The notes under the pieces are model-generated. The model ran no database searches, was not told the origin of the DNA, and saw only the letters and a program-made list of their open reading frames with translations. A stretch of 44,443 bases of DNA from Burkholderiales bacterium (GTDB lineage Bacteria > Pseudomonadota > Gammaproteobacteria > Burkholderiales > SG8-39): NCBI GenBank assembly GCA_036006885.1, contig DASYPG010000622.1, forward strand, positions 1 through 44,443, given 5' to 3'. The position numbers and the translations under genes were made by a program. Positions 25,537 to 35,660 of this stretch are shown one piece after another; position 1 is the stretch's first letter; every line of letters begins with the position of its first letter.

Positions 25537-26625
25537 ATGACGATTAGCTTGCGAACCGGGATCACCGCCGCGGCGCTCGCCGCGTGGATGCTGTCTATGC
25601 CTGCCGCCTTCGCCCAGGGCGCCAAGCCGACGGCCGCGGCGCCCACCACGCTCAGCTTCAACTGGGAGGGCGCGTACGGCCGCGCCAACATCCTGGTGTG
25701 GCCGTTCCGGCCGGGCGGCCGCTACGAGCAGCTCGTGACCCAGCACACCAACGGCACGGTGAAGCTTGACATCAAGGACAAGCTGTTCGGCCTGATGGAT
25801 TCGGCCTTCGCCATCGGCGACGGCCGCGTGGCGATGGGCACGCAGTCGATTCCCGCCGCGAGCGGCACCTACCCGCTGCTCGATTTCGGCGGCATCCCGG
25901 GACTGTTTTCGGAGATGCCGAACGGCGCCACGGAATACGCCAATGCGCTGCTCGACCCCGCCATGACGGCGGCGATGGACGAGTACACCAAGCGCGCCGG
26001 CTTCAAGGTGCTCGGCGCCGCGATCAGCCTGGCGAACAACTCGCTGTGGGGCAACAAGCCGATCCGCACGCTGGCTGACTTCAAAGGCGTCAAGATGCGC
26101 GCCTCGGGCCGCACCCAGACCTCGGCGCTGCGCGACCTCGGCGGCAGCCCGCTCACGCTGTCGATGGCGGAGATCGAGCAGGCCCTGAGCCGCGGCACGG
26201 TCGACGCCATCACCACCAGCAAGAGCTTCGGCGCCGAGCGCGGCCTGACGCAGCTCGCCAAGTACGTCTCGATCTGGCCGATCACGCCGATCTTCCCGCA
26301 GGTCATCGCGATCAACTTCAAGGTCTGGGACAAGCTCACGCCGGAGCAGCAGCAGGGCCTGGTGCGCGCTTCCGCGCAGCTCACGCGCGAAATGCCGACC
26401 GCGCTCGAGCAGATGGACATCGTCTACACGCTGTGGATCCGCTCCACCAAGACCGAGATGGTGATCCCCGAGGACGCGGAAGTGAAGAAGGGGATGGCGC
26501 TGATGCAGCCGGTGGTCAAGGAATGGATCGACACCGCCGGGCCGGAGGGCAAGCAGGTGCTGCGCATCGCCGCGCGCCACGCCAAAGGTCCCTCGGCAGG
26601 CCTGATCGCGGAAATGGCCAAGTAG
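25537..26625 (+). CDS. dctP: TRAP transporter substrate-binding protein (DctP family)
   Basis: Signal peptide MTISLRTGITAAALAAWMLSMPAAFAQG. The DctP-like block LRDLGGSPLTLSMAEIEQALSRGTVDAITT. Followed by dctQ and dctM. Confidence 0.8.
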   Translation: MTISLRTGITAAALAAWMLSMPAAFAQGAKPTAAAPTTLSFNWEGAYGRANILVWPFRPGGRYEQLVTQHTNGTVKLDIKDKLFGLMDSAFAIGDGRVAMGTQSIPAASGTYPLLDFGGIPGLFSEMPNGATEYANALLDPAMTAAMDEYTKRAGFKVLGAAISLANNSLWGNKPIRTLADFKGVKMRASGRTQTSALRDLGGSPLTLSMAEIEQALSRGTVDAITTSKSFGAERGLTQLAKYVSIWPITPIFPQVIAINFKVWDKLTPEQQQGLVRASAQLTREMPTALEQMDIVYTLWIRSTKTEMVIPEDAEVKKGMALMQPVVKEWIDTAGPEGKQVLRIAARHAKGPSAGLIAEMAK

Positions 26626-26632
26626 GGGGCGC

Positions 26633-27154
26633 GTGCACAAGCTAGGCCGCGCGGTGGACCGGCTCTCGCATGCCGCGGGCTATCTCGGCGCGCTCGTGCT
26701 GCTGGGCATCATCGTGCTGACGATGACCGAGGTGGTCTCGCGCTACGGGCTGAACCGGCCGCTCATCCTGAGCGACGAGTTCGGCGGCTATGCGCTGGTG
26801 GCGATCAGCTGCCTCGGCCTGGCCTACTGCGCGCAGGACGGCGGCCACATCCGCATCACCTTCCTGGTCGAGCGCCTCGGCCGGGCGAGCGGGCCCCTGC
26901 GCGTCGCCACGCTGGTGCTCGGCCTGGTCTTCGTGTCGCTGCTCGCCTGGGTCTGCTGGCAGTTCCTGGCCGATTCGTTCGCCCGCAACATGCGCTCGAA
27001 CTCGCTGCTCATGGTGCCGCTCAAGTGGCCGCAGCTCGCCATGCCGGTGGGCTTCACGCTGTACGCGGTGGTGCTGCTCGTGCAGCTGGTGCGCGCGTGG
27101 CGCGAGCTGCGCGCGGGACGCAGCGTCGACCGCTTCGGCGCCGGGGAGCGCTAG
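26633..27154 (+). CDS. dctQ: TRAP transporter small permease (DctQ)
   Basis: 173 aa with four hydrophobic segments. N-terminus LSHAAGYLGALVLLGIIVLTMTEVVSRYGLNRP. Confidence 0.85.
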   Translation: MHKLGRAVDRLSHAAGYLGALVLLGIIVLTMTEVVSRYGLNRPLILSDEFGGYALVAISCLGLAYCAQDGGHIRITFLVERLGRASGPLRVATLVLGLVFVSLLAWVCWQFLADSFARNMRSNSLLMVPLKWPQLAMPVGFTLYAVVLLVQLVRAWRELRAGRSVDRFGAGER

Positions 27155-27178
27155 CTGACTCCCGAGCTCGCCACCCTG

Positions 27179-28450
27179 GTGCTGATCGGGTTGCTGCTCG
27201 GGCTGCTGGCGCTGGGTCTCGAAGTCGGCCTCGCCATGGGCCTCGCCGCCGCGGTGGGCCTGGTATTCATAGTCGACAAGCCCGCGGTGCAAATGGCGTG
27301 GAGCGCCTGGGAGTCGCTCAACTCGTTTACGCTGCTCGCCATGCCGCTGTTCATCTTCATGGGAGCGGTGTTCTCGCACAGCGGCGCCATCCATCTCATG
27401 TTCGCGGCGCTCGACAAATGGCTCGGCTGGCTGCCCGGCGGCCTCGCCGCGGTGGTGCTCGCGGCGAACGGCCTGTTCGGCGCGGTGTCGGGCTCGAGCG
27501 TGGCGGCGGCCGCCACCTTCAGCATGATCGCCTATCCGGAGATGGAGAAGCGCGGCTACGACGCGAAGCTCTCGCTGGGCTCGATCGCGGTGGGCGGCAC
27601 GCTCAGCGTGCTGGTTCCGCCCAGCCTGATCCTCATCGTCTACGGCTCTTGGGAGAATGTCTCGATCGCGCAGCTGTTCGCCGCCGCTGTGCTGCCGGGC
27701 CTGATCCTGATGCTGCTGCTGATCCTCAGCGTGGTGGTGATGGTGAAGCTGCGCCCCGAGCTCGCGCCGCGCTCCGCCCCCGCGAGCTGGAGAGAGCGCC
27801 TGCTTTCGATCGGGGACATGGTGCCGTGGCTGCTGGTCGTCGTCCTGGTGATGGGCTCGATCTTCGGCGGATTGATGACGCCCACCGAGGCGTCGGGCCT
27901 CGGCGCGGTGCTGTCGCTGATGGTAGCCTGGTACTACGGCAACCTGAGCTACCGGATGACGCGCGATGCGCTCCTGTCCGCGGTCAAGGTGACCGCCATG
28001 CTGGGGTTCATCATCGTGGCCGCGCGCCTGCTCGCATTCGTGTTCCAGGACCTCGGGGCGACCGCAAAGCTCGCCGGCGCGGTGCTCGGGCTGGAGCTGG
28101 GCACCTACGGCACCATGCTTGCCATCGTGGTGCTCTACCTGATCCTCGGCATGTTCTTCGACTCGATGGCGATGATGCTCCTCACCCTGTCGTTTGTGAT
28201 GCCGATCGTGCTCAAGCTCGGCTATCACCCGGTGTGGTGGGGGGTCACCTTCGTGCTGCTGGCGGAAATCGGCCTGGTGACGCCGCCGTTCGGGCTCAAC
28301 CTGTTCACCATCAACGGCGTGCTGCCGAAGTTCTCGGTGATGACCATCGCGCGCGCCTCGCTGCCGTTCCTCGCCGTGATGCTGTTGATGATCGGCCTGC
28401 TCATCGTCTTTCCGCAGATCGCGCTGTGGCTGCCGCGGCAACTCTACTGA
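27179..28450 (+). CDS. dctM: TRAP transporter large permease (DctM)
   Basis: 423 aa and polytopic. The GTG at 27179 is the first start after an in-frame TAG. Confidence 0.9.
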   Translation: MLIGLLLGLLALGLEVGLAMGLAAAVGLVFIVDKPAVQMAWSAWESLNSFTLLAMPLFIFMGAVFSHSGAIHLMFAALDKWLGWLPGGLAAVVLAANGLFGAVSGSSVAAAATFSMIAYPEMEKRGYDAKLSLGSIAVGGTLSVLVPPSLILIVYGSWENVSIAQLFAAAVLPGLILMLLLILSVVVMVKLRPELAPRSAPASWRERLLSIGDMVPWLLVVVLVMGSIFGGLMTPTEASGLGAVLSLMVAWYYGNLSYRMTRDALLSAVKVTAMLGFIIVAARLLAFVFQDLGATAKLAGAVLGLELGTYGTMLAIVVLYLILGMFFDSMAMMLLTLSFVMPIVLKLGYHPVWWGVTFVLLAEIGLVTPPFGLNLFTINGVLPKFSVMTIARASLPFLAVMLLMIGLLIVFPQIALWLPRQLY

Positions 28451-28451
28451 C

Positions 28452-29507
28452 ATGAGCAACGCCATCGTCGGCGGCGCGATGCTGCCGCACGCGCCGCAAT
28501 TCTTCACCCAGCCGCAGTCCGAGGACCGGGCCACCATCGCCAGCGTGCAGCAGGTCGCGAAGCGCATCGGCGAGCGCCTGAAGGCGCTCGCGCCCGAGGT
28601 GTGGATCTGCATCTCGAACGACCACGCGTTCCAGTTCTTCCAGCGCGTGGCGCCGCCGTTCACGCTGCACGTCGGCGCGCGCGTCGAGGGCGAATTCGCC
28701 GGCCGCCGCTTCTCGCACCCGATCGCAAGCGATCTCGCCTTCCGCCTGGTGCGCGAGCTCTACACCATGGGCTTCGACCCGGCGTTCACCAGCACGGCGC
28801 AGGCGGACTACGCGCTCGGCATCCCGCTCGCCCATGCCGGCATCGAAGGGCCGATCCTGCCGATCTTCGTCAACGCCTACCTGCCGCCGCAGCCGCCGAT
28901 GGAACGTTGCTACGCCTTCGGGCGTGCGCTCGCGCAGGCCCTCGAGCGCGCCGGCGTGCGCGCGGCGCTGATCGCGAGCGGCGGCATGTCGCATTTTCCC
29001 GGCACCGAGCGTTATGCGAATCCCTGTCTCGACTGGGACCTGCGCACGCTTGAGCCGTTGAAGCGCGGCAACCTGCGCTCGCTGCTGGGCTACGACGAGC
29101 GCGAGCTGGACGACACCGGCAATATCGAGCTGCGCTGCTGGGCGATCGCCGCCGGTGCGCTGGGCGAGCGCAAGCCGGACGTGGTGCAGATGGATCCGAG
29201 CTGGCACCACAATTACGCCTCGCTCGGCTGGTGGTCGCCGCCTCCGAGCCAGGCGCCCGCGCCGCACTATCCCAGCATCGCGCCCGAGCTGGTGAACCTC
29301 AGCGAAGCGCTGCATCGCCTGGCGAACGATGCCGACGCCCGCCGCCGCTATGCCGCCGACCCGGCCGCGTTCGGCGACGAATGCGGCGTGAGCGGCGCGC
29401 AGGCGGCGGCGCTCGCCGCGATGGATACGCGGCGGCTGAACGCCCTCGGCGTGCACCCGCTGCTCGCGTTTCTCGCCGAGCTGCACCTCACCAGAGAGAA
29501 AAGCTAG
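28452..29507 (+). CDS. Class III extradiol ring-cleavage dioxygenase, LigB-like domain fused to a LigA-like C-terminal domain
   Basis: N-terminal GGAMLPHAPQF, ISNDHA and ASGGMSHFPG blocks (LigB type). The C-terminal ~80 aa (LHRLANDADARRRYAADPAAFGDECGVSGAQAAALAAMDTRRLNALGVHP) resemble the PCA 4,5-dioxygenase alpha chain. The domain order matches gallate dioxygenase. Confidence 0.75.
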   Translation: MSNAIVGGAMLPHAPQFFTQPQSEDRATIASVQQVAKRIGERLKALAPEVWICISNDHAFQFFQRVAPPFTLHVGARVEGEFAGRRFSHPIASDLAFRLVRELYTMGFDPAFTSTAQADYALGIPLAHAGIEGPILPIFVNAYLPPQPPMERCYAFGRALAQALERAGVRAALIASGGMSHFPGTERYANPCLDWDLRTLEPLKRGNLRSLLGYDERELDDTGNIELRCWAIAAGALGERKPDVVQMDPSWHHNYASLGWWSPPPSQAPAPHYPSIAPELVNLSEALHRLANDADARRRYAADPAAFGDECGVSGAQAAALAAMDTRRLNALGVHPLLAFLAELHLTREKS

Positions 29508-29980
29508 TCGATGCGCAGCGGTCCGCGACCGTATTCGTTGTTGGCCTCGATCAGGCGCGCGAGCGTCGCCATGAAGACATCGCGCTCCTTCTGGCTGAGC
29601 GGCGCGCACATACGGTCCTGCGCGCGCTGCATGCTGGAAAACATCGCCGCGGTGAGCGCGCGGCCGCGCGGCGTGATCCTGGCGAGGCGCGCGCGCCGGT
29701 CGCGCGGATTGGCCTTGCGCGTCACCAGCCGGCGCTTTTCCAGCCGCGAGAGCACTTCCGCCGTGCTGGTGCGGTCGAGGCCGAGCTCCTCGGCGAGCGA
29801 GCTCTGGTCGAGCTCGCCGCGGAAGCTGAGCGCGGTGAGCAGGCCGTACTGCACCGGCGTCAGGCGCGACTCCTTGCATTCTTCGAGGAACAGCGCGCAG
29901 TGGATCTGATGCAGCCGCCGGATCAGGTAGCCGGGTCGCGACCACAGCGGCAGCCGCGTCTCGCGCGCGGGGGAATTCAT
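29504..29980 (-). CDS. MarR-family transcriptional regulator
   Basis: 158 aa. GYLIRRLHQIH..., winged-helix block LTPVQYGLLTAL...LDQSSLAEELGLDRTSTAEVLSRLEKRRLVTRKANPRDRRARLARITPRG. Confidence 0.85.
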   Translation of the reverse strand: MNSPARETRLPLWSRPGYLIRRLHQIHCALFLEECKESRLTPVQYGLLTALSFRGELDQSSLAEELGLDRTSTAEVLSRLEKRRLVTRKANPRDRRARLARITPRGRALTAAMFSSMQRAQDRMCAPLSQKERDVFMATLARLIEANNEYGRGPLRID

Positions 29981-29990
29981 GGCGCGCGAG
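29960..29990. promoter_or_regulatory. Perfect 9-bp inverted repeat bracketing the overlapping divergent start codons of marR and the amidase gene
   Basis: CTCGCGCGC (29960-29968), 13 nt (GGGGGAATTCATG), GCGCGCGAG (29982-29990). The ATG on the minus strand is at 29978-29980 and the ATG on the plus strand is at 29979-29981. Confidence 0.5.
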
Positions 29991-31370
29991 TCTAGCGCCT
30001 TTCCGACCGCGCTCGACATCGCGCGGCGGGTGCGCGACGGCGACGCCTCCGCCGTTGCCGTCGTCAACGACTGCCTCGGGCAGATCGAGAAATTGCAGCC
30101 GAAGCTGAGCGCCTTCGTCACCGTGTGCGCCGACGAGGCGCGCGCGCAGGCGGCCGAGATCGACCGCGCCCGCGCGGCCGGCAAGAAGCTCGGGCCGCTC
30201 GCCGGCGTGCCGGTATCGGTGAAGGACATCCTGAATACCAAGGGCGTGCGCACGGCGTGGGGCTCGCGCCTGATGGAGAACAACGTGCCGGCGGAGGACG
30301 CCGTCGCGGTGCAGCGACTGAAGGACGCCGGCGCGGTGATCATCGGCAAGACGACGACGCCCGAATTCGCCTACAAGCTGCTCACCGACTCGCCGATCTC
30401 GGGCATCACGCGCAATCCGTGGAACCCGGAGCTCACGCCCGGCGGCTCTTCGGGCGGCTCGGCGGTCGCGGTGGCGGCGGGGATGGGGCCGCTCTCGCTC
30501 GCCACCGACGCCGGCGCCTCGACCCGCCTGCCGGCCGCCTGCTGCGGCATCCTCGGACTCAAGCCGACGCTCGGCCGCGTGCCGCACGGCCAGGTGCCCG
30601 ACGCCTTCAACAACTTCATCCACCTCGGCGTCATGGCGCGCACCGTGGACGACTGTGAGCTGATGCTCAATGCCATCGCCGGCGCGCATGCAAGCGACCC
30701 CTGGTCCCAAATTCGGGGCCAGGACCGCAATTCACAAAAGCTGCGCATCGAATGGCGTCCGCTTCTCGGCAACACGCTGCTCGACGACGAAATCCGTGCT
30801 CGATGCGAAGCCACCCTGGGCGAGCTGGACGCCGAGCTGCGCACGGTGGACGAGCCGTTCGAGAACGCCGAGGCGCCCTGGCGCGTGCTGCAGCAGTCGA
30901 ACTGGGCGGCGCGCTACTTTGCCAAGCTCGCCGAGGTCGAGGCGAAGATCGAACCCGGTTTCGCCGCCGGCATCCGCGCCGGCGGCGCCTACAGCGGGCA
31001 GCAGCTCCTCGCCGCGACGGTCAAGCGCACCGAGTTCTTTCGCAAGGTGCAGGGCTGGTTCGAGCGCTGCGACCTGGTGGCGACGCCGACGATGAGCCGG
31101 CCACCCCTCGCGGTGACGCACGGCGTGGACCAGCCGATCACGATCAATGGAAAACCGGCGGGCGACCTGCGCGTTGCCTGGGCGCCGTACCTCAACGTCT
31201 TCAATCTCACCGGGCATCCGGCGCTCAGCATTCCCGCCGGCTTCACGCGCGATGGCCTGCCGGTCGGACTGCAGCTGGTGGCGCGCTGGCACGCCGAACA
31301 GGATCTGTTTAACGCGGCGCGCCTGGTGGAGAAGGCGCGGCCATGGGCGCACAAGCGCCCGCCTGACTGA
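29979..31370 (+). CDS. Amidase-signature family amidase (GatA-like)
   Basis: 463 aa. GVPVSVKD (catalytic Lys region) and GGSSGGSAVAVAAG signature. Confidence 0.9.
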   Translation: MARESSAFPTALDIARRVRDGDASAVAVVNDCLGQIEKLQPKLSAFVTVCADEARAQAAEIDRARAAGKKLGPLAGVPVSVKDILNTKGVRTAWGSRLMENNVPAEDAVAVQRLKDAGAVIIGKTTTPEFAYKLLTDSPISGITRNPWNPELTPGGSSGGSAVAVAAGMGPLSLATDAGASTRLPAACCGILGLKPTLGRVPHGQVPDAFNNFIHLGVMARTVDDCELMLNAIAGAHASDPWSQIRGQDRNSQKLRIEWRPLLGNTLLDDEIRARCEATLGELDAELRTVDEPFENAEAPWRVLQQSNWAARYFAKLAEVEAKIEPGFAAGIRAGGAYSGQQLLAATVKRTEFFRKVQGWFERCDLVATPTMSRPPLAVTHGVDQPITINGKPAGDLRVAWAPYLNVFNLTGHPALSIPAGFTRDGLPVGLQLVARWHAEQDLFNAARLVEKARPWAHKRPPD

Positions 31371-31393
31371 ACTTCAAACTGGAGGAGGCAACC

Positions 31394-32496
<1,103 letters not shown>

Positions 32497-32500
<4 letters not shown>

Positions 32501-34860
32501 GCGAAGGCAAGCCCGGCCAGGGTGTCGGCGCGCGCCTGCTGCGCAAGGAGGACTCGCGCCACCTCCACGGCCGCGGCAGCTTCGTGCCCGACATGATCCT
32601 GCCTGGCCAGCGCGAGGTGGCGTTCTTCCGCTCGCCGGTGGCGCACGCGCGCATCACCGCACTGCGCCGGCCCGCCGGCAGCGAGGGCCGCATCTTCTTC
32701 CGCGAGGACATGCCCGAGGTCAAGGCGATCGTCGCGCCCTCGTCGCTGCCGAGCTTCAAGCTCTCGGAGCAGCACCCTCTCGCCCACGGCAAGGTGCGCT
32801 TCGTCGGCGAGCCGATCGCCTGCTGCGTCGGCCGCACGCGCGCCGAGGCCGAGGACCTGGCCGAGCAGGTCGAGGTGGACTTCGAGGAATTGCCGGCGCT
32901 GGTCGATGCGCACAAGGCTCGCCTCGATCGCGCCAATCGCATCCACGAGGAATGGGACGACAACCTGTATCTCACGCTCTCGCTCGACAACGGCTTCGAG
33001 GCCGAGTCGAAGAAAGCCGACGTGGTGGTGAAGCGCGAGATCGGGCTTTCGCGCCAGTCGATGAACCCGCTGGAAGGCAAGGGCACGCTCGCGGTGTGGG
33101 ACGACCGCGCCAACCAGCTGGTGCTCTACAGCTCCTCGCAGACGCCGCACCTGCTGCGCATCGGCATCGCGCGTTTCCTCGGCCTGCCCGAAGAGAAGCT
33201 GCGCGTCATCGCGCCCGATGTCGGCGGCGGCTTCGGCTACAAGTGCATCGTGTTCCCGGAAGACCTGTGCGTCGCGTGGCTGGCGTTGAGATACCGCAAG
33301 CCGTTCCGCTACATCGAAGACCGCCGCGAGCACCTGGTCGCCGGCGCCAACTCGCGCCAGCACCATTACAACCTCACCGCGTACGCCAGCAAGGAGGGCC
33401 GGCTCCTCGCTTTGGATGCCGAAGTCACCATCGACGGCGGCGCGTACTCGAACTGGCCGTTCACCATCGGCCTCGAGCCCGGGCAGGCGACCGGCAACCT
33501 GCCGGGGCCGTACGACTTCCGCGGCTACCGGGTGAAGACCTATTGCGTCGCCACCAACAAGCCCGGTTTCCTCCCCTATCGGGGCGTGGCGCGCACCGGC
33601 GTGTGCTTCGCGATGGAGCTGATGATCGATGCCATCGCGCGCGCCGTCGACAAGGATCCCTACCAGGTACGGCTGATGAACCTGGTGCGTCCGGAGCAGA
33701 TGCCCTACGACAACGTCGCGCGCAAGCACTACGACAGCGGCGACTATCCGCGCGCGCTGCAGATGGCGCGCGAGCAGCTCGACGTCGAGAAATGGCGCGA
33801 GCGCCAGAAGCGCGGCGAGCCCGACGGCCGCATCATCGGCCTCGGCTTCGCCAGCTACTGCGAGCAGTCGGCGCACGGCACGAGCGTGTTCGCGGCGTGG
33901 GGCCTGCCGATGACGCCGGGGTACGACCAGGCGGCGGTGAAGCTCACCGCGGGCGGCGGCCTGGAAGTCCGCATCGGCGTGCAGTCGCACGGCCAGGGCA
34001 TGGAAACGACGATGGCGCAGCTCGCGCACCAGGTGCTCGGCATCGACGTCGCGCGCGTGCAGGTGGTGCACGGCGACACCGGCACCACGCCGTTTTCCAC
34101 CGGCACCTACGCTTCGCGCTCGATCGTCATGTCGGGCGGCGCCGTGCTGAACGCGTGCAAGGAGCTGATCCCGCGCTTCGTTCGCATCGGCGCGCATCTC
34201 ATGAAATCGCCCGAGGCCGAGTGCCGCTTCGAGGGCGGCAAAGTGGTCGGGCCCGCGGGCGGCGTGAGCCTCGCCGACATCGCGGAAGCCTGGTACATGC
34301 GCCCCGAGCGGCTGCCCGACAACGTCGACCGCCAGGGGCTCGAGGCCTCGCTCGCCTTCAAGCCCAAGCGCGACACCGGCGCCTTCAGCTACGCGTCGCA
34401 CGCGGTCGCCGTCGCCGTCGATCCGGAAACCGGGCAGGTGGAGATCCTCGACTACGTGGTGGTCGAGGACTGCGGCACGCTCGTCAATCCTGCGGTGGTC
34501 GAGCACCAGGCGATCGGCGGCATCGCCCAGGGCATCGGCACCGCGCTCTACGAGGAGCAGCAGTACGATGCCAACGGCCAGCCGAATGCGTCGACCCTCG
34601 CCGACTACCTGATCCCGGGGCCGACCGAGATCCCGAACATCCGCATCTTCCATCTCGAATCGCCGTCGCCGTATACCGAGCTCGGCATCAAGGGCATGGG
34701 CGAGGGCGGCGCCATCGCCCCGCCGGCGGTGATCTTCAACGCGGTCAACAACGCGCTCGATCCCCTCGGCGTGGAAGTGCGCGAGACACCGCTCACGCCG
34801 GAGAAGCTGCTCGCCGCGATCGAAGCGGCGAAGGCGATGCCGAAGCGGGAGGCGGCGTGA
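32497..34860 (+). CDS. Molybdopterin-dependent hydroxylase large subunit (CoxL/XDH family), copy 2
   Basis: 787 aa. GTGA overlap with the binding-protein stop. PDVGGGFGYKC, LPYRGVARTG, IKGMGEGGAIAPP. Confidence 0.9.
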
Positions 34861-35660
34861 AGGCCGCCGCGTTCGACTACCTGCGGCCGCGCGATGTCGG
34901 CGAGGCGCTCGCCGCTCTGCGGACGGCGGACGCGAAGGCCATCGCCGGCGGGCAGTCGCTCGGGCCGATGCTGAACCTGCGCCTGGCGCGACCCAAGCTG
35001 CTGGTCGACGTCTCGCGCATTCCGGCCCTCAAACAGATAGAGGACGAGGGCGATGCGTGGCGCATCGGCGCCGCGGTCACCCACGCGGAGCTCGAGGACC
35101 GGCCGCTGGCCGGCTGCGAGCCGCTCGCCAAGGTGGCGCGCTTCGTGGCGTATCGCGCCGTGCGCAATCGCGGCACGGTGGGCGGCAGCCTGGCGCACGC
35201 CGATCCCGCGGCCGATTGGCCGCTGGTCTGCGCCACCTTGGGCGCCACGGTGCGCGTCATCGGCGCATCCGGAAAGCGCGAGGTAGAGGCCGATGCATTC
35301 ATGACGGCGGCGTTCACCACGCAGCTTGGCGACGACGAGATCGTCGAGTCGATCCGCGTGCCGAAGCTCGGTGCCGGCGCGCGCTGGGGCTACTACAAGT
35401 TCTGCCGCAAGACCGGCGAGTTTCCGCAAGCCGCAGCGGCGCTGCTGCTCGATCCGCAGCGGCGCATCGCGCGCCTCTTCGCCGGGGCGCTCGACCGCCC
35501 GCCGCAGCCCCTCGATACGGTATCGCAGGCGCTGGCCGAGCACGGCGGCGCGAGCGCCGACATGGTGAACGCGGCGCTGGCGCGCGTGGCGCCGGGCCTC
35601 GGACCCGCGGCGCGCAAGCTGCGGGCGACGGCGGTGCAGCGCGCCATCGCGCACGCATGA
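34857..35660 (+). CDS. FAD-binding medium subunit of the molybdenum hydroxylase (CoxM-like)
   Basis: 267 aa with a GTGA overlap. AIAGGQSLGPMLNLRLARP and RNRGTVGGSLAHADP motifs. Confidence 0.85.
   Translation: MKAAAFDYLRPRDVGEALAALRTADAKAIAGGQSLGPMLNLRLARPKLLVDVSRIPALKQIEDEGDAWRIGAAVTHAELEDRPLAGCEPLAKVARFVAYRAVRNRGTVGGSLAHADPAADWPLVCATLGATVRVIGASGKREVEADAFMTAAFTTQLGDDEIVESIRVPKLGAGARWGYYKFCRKTGEFPQAAAALLLDPQRRIARLFAGALDRPPQPLDTVSQALAEHGGASADMVNAALARVAPGLGPAARKLRATAVQRAIAHA

Noticed and set aside
27155-27178. Possible upstream non-canonical start for dctM (LTPELATL precedes the GTG)
   Set aside because: An in-frame TAG (the dctQ stop) lies immediately upstream, and the GTG at 27179 gives a normal-length DctM. 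No extension is needed.
26642-28663. 673-aa ORF on the minus strand opposite dctQ/dctM
   Set aside because: His/Arg/Glu/Asp-rich low-complexity translation with no motifs. It is a typical antisense open frame in high-GC coding DNA. The plus-strand TRAP permeases are clearly real.
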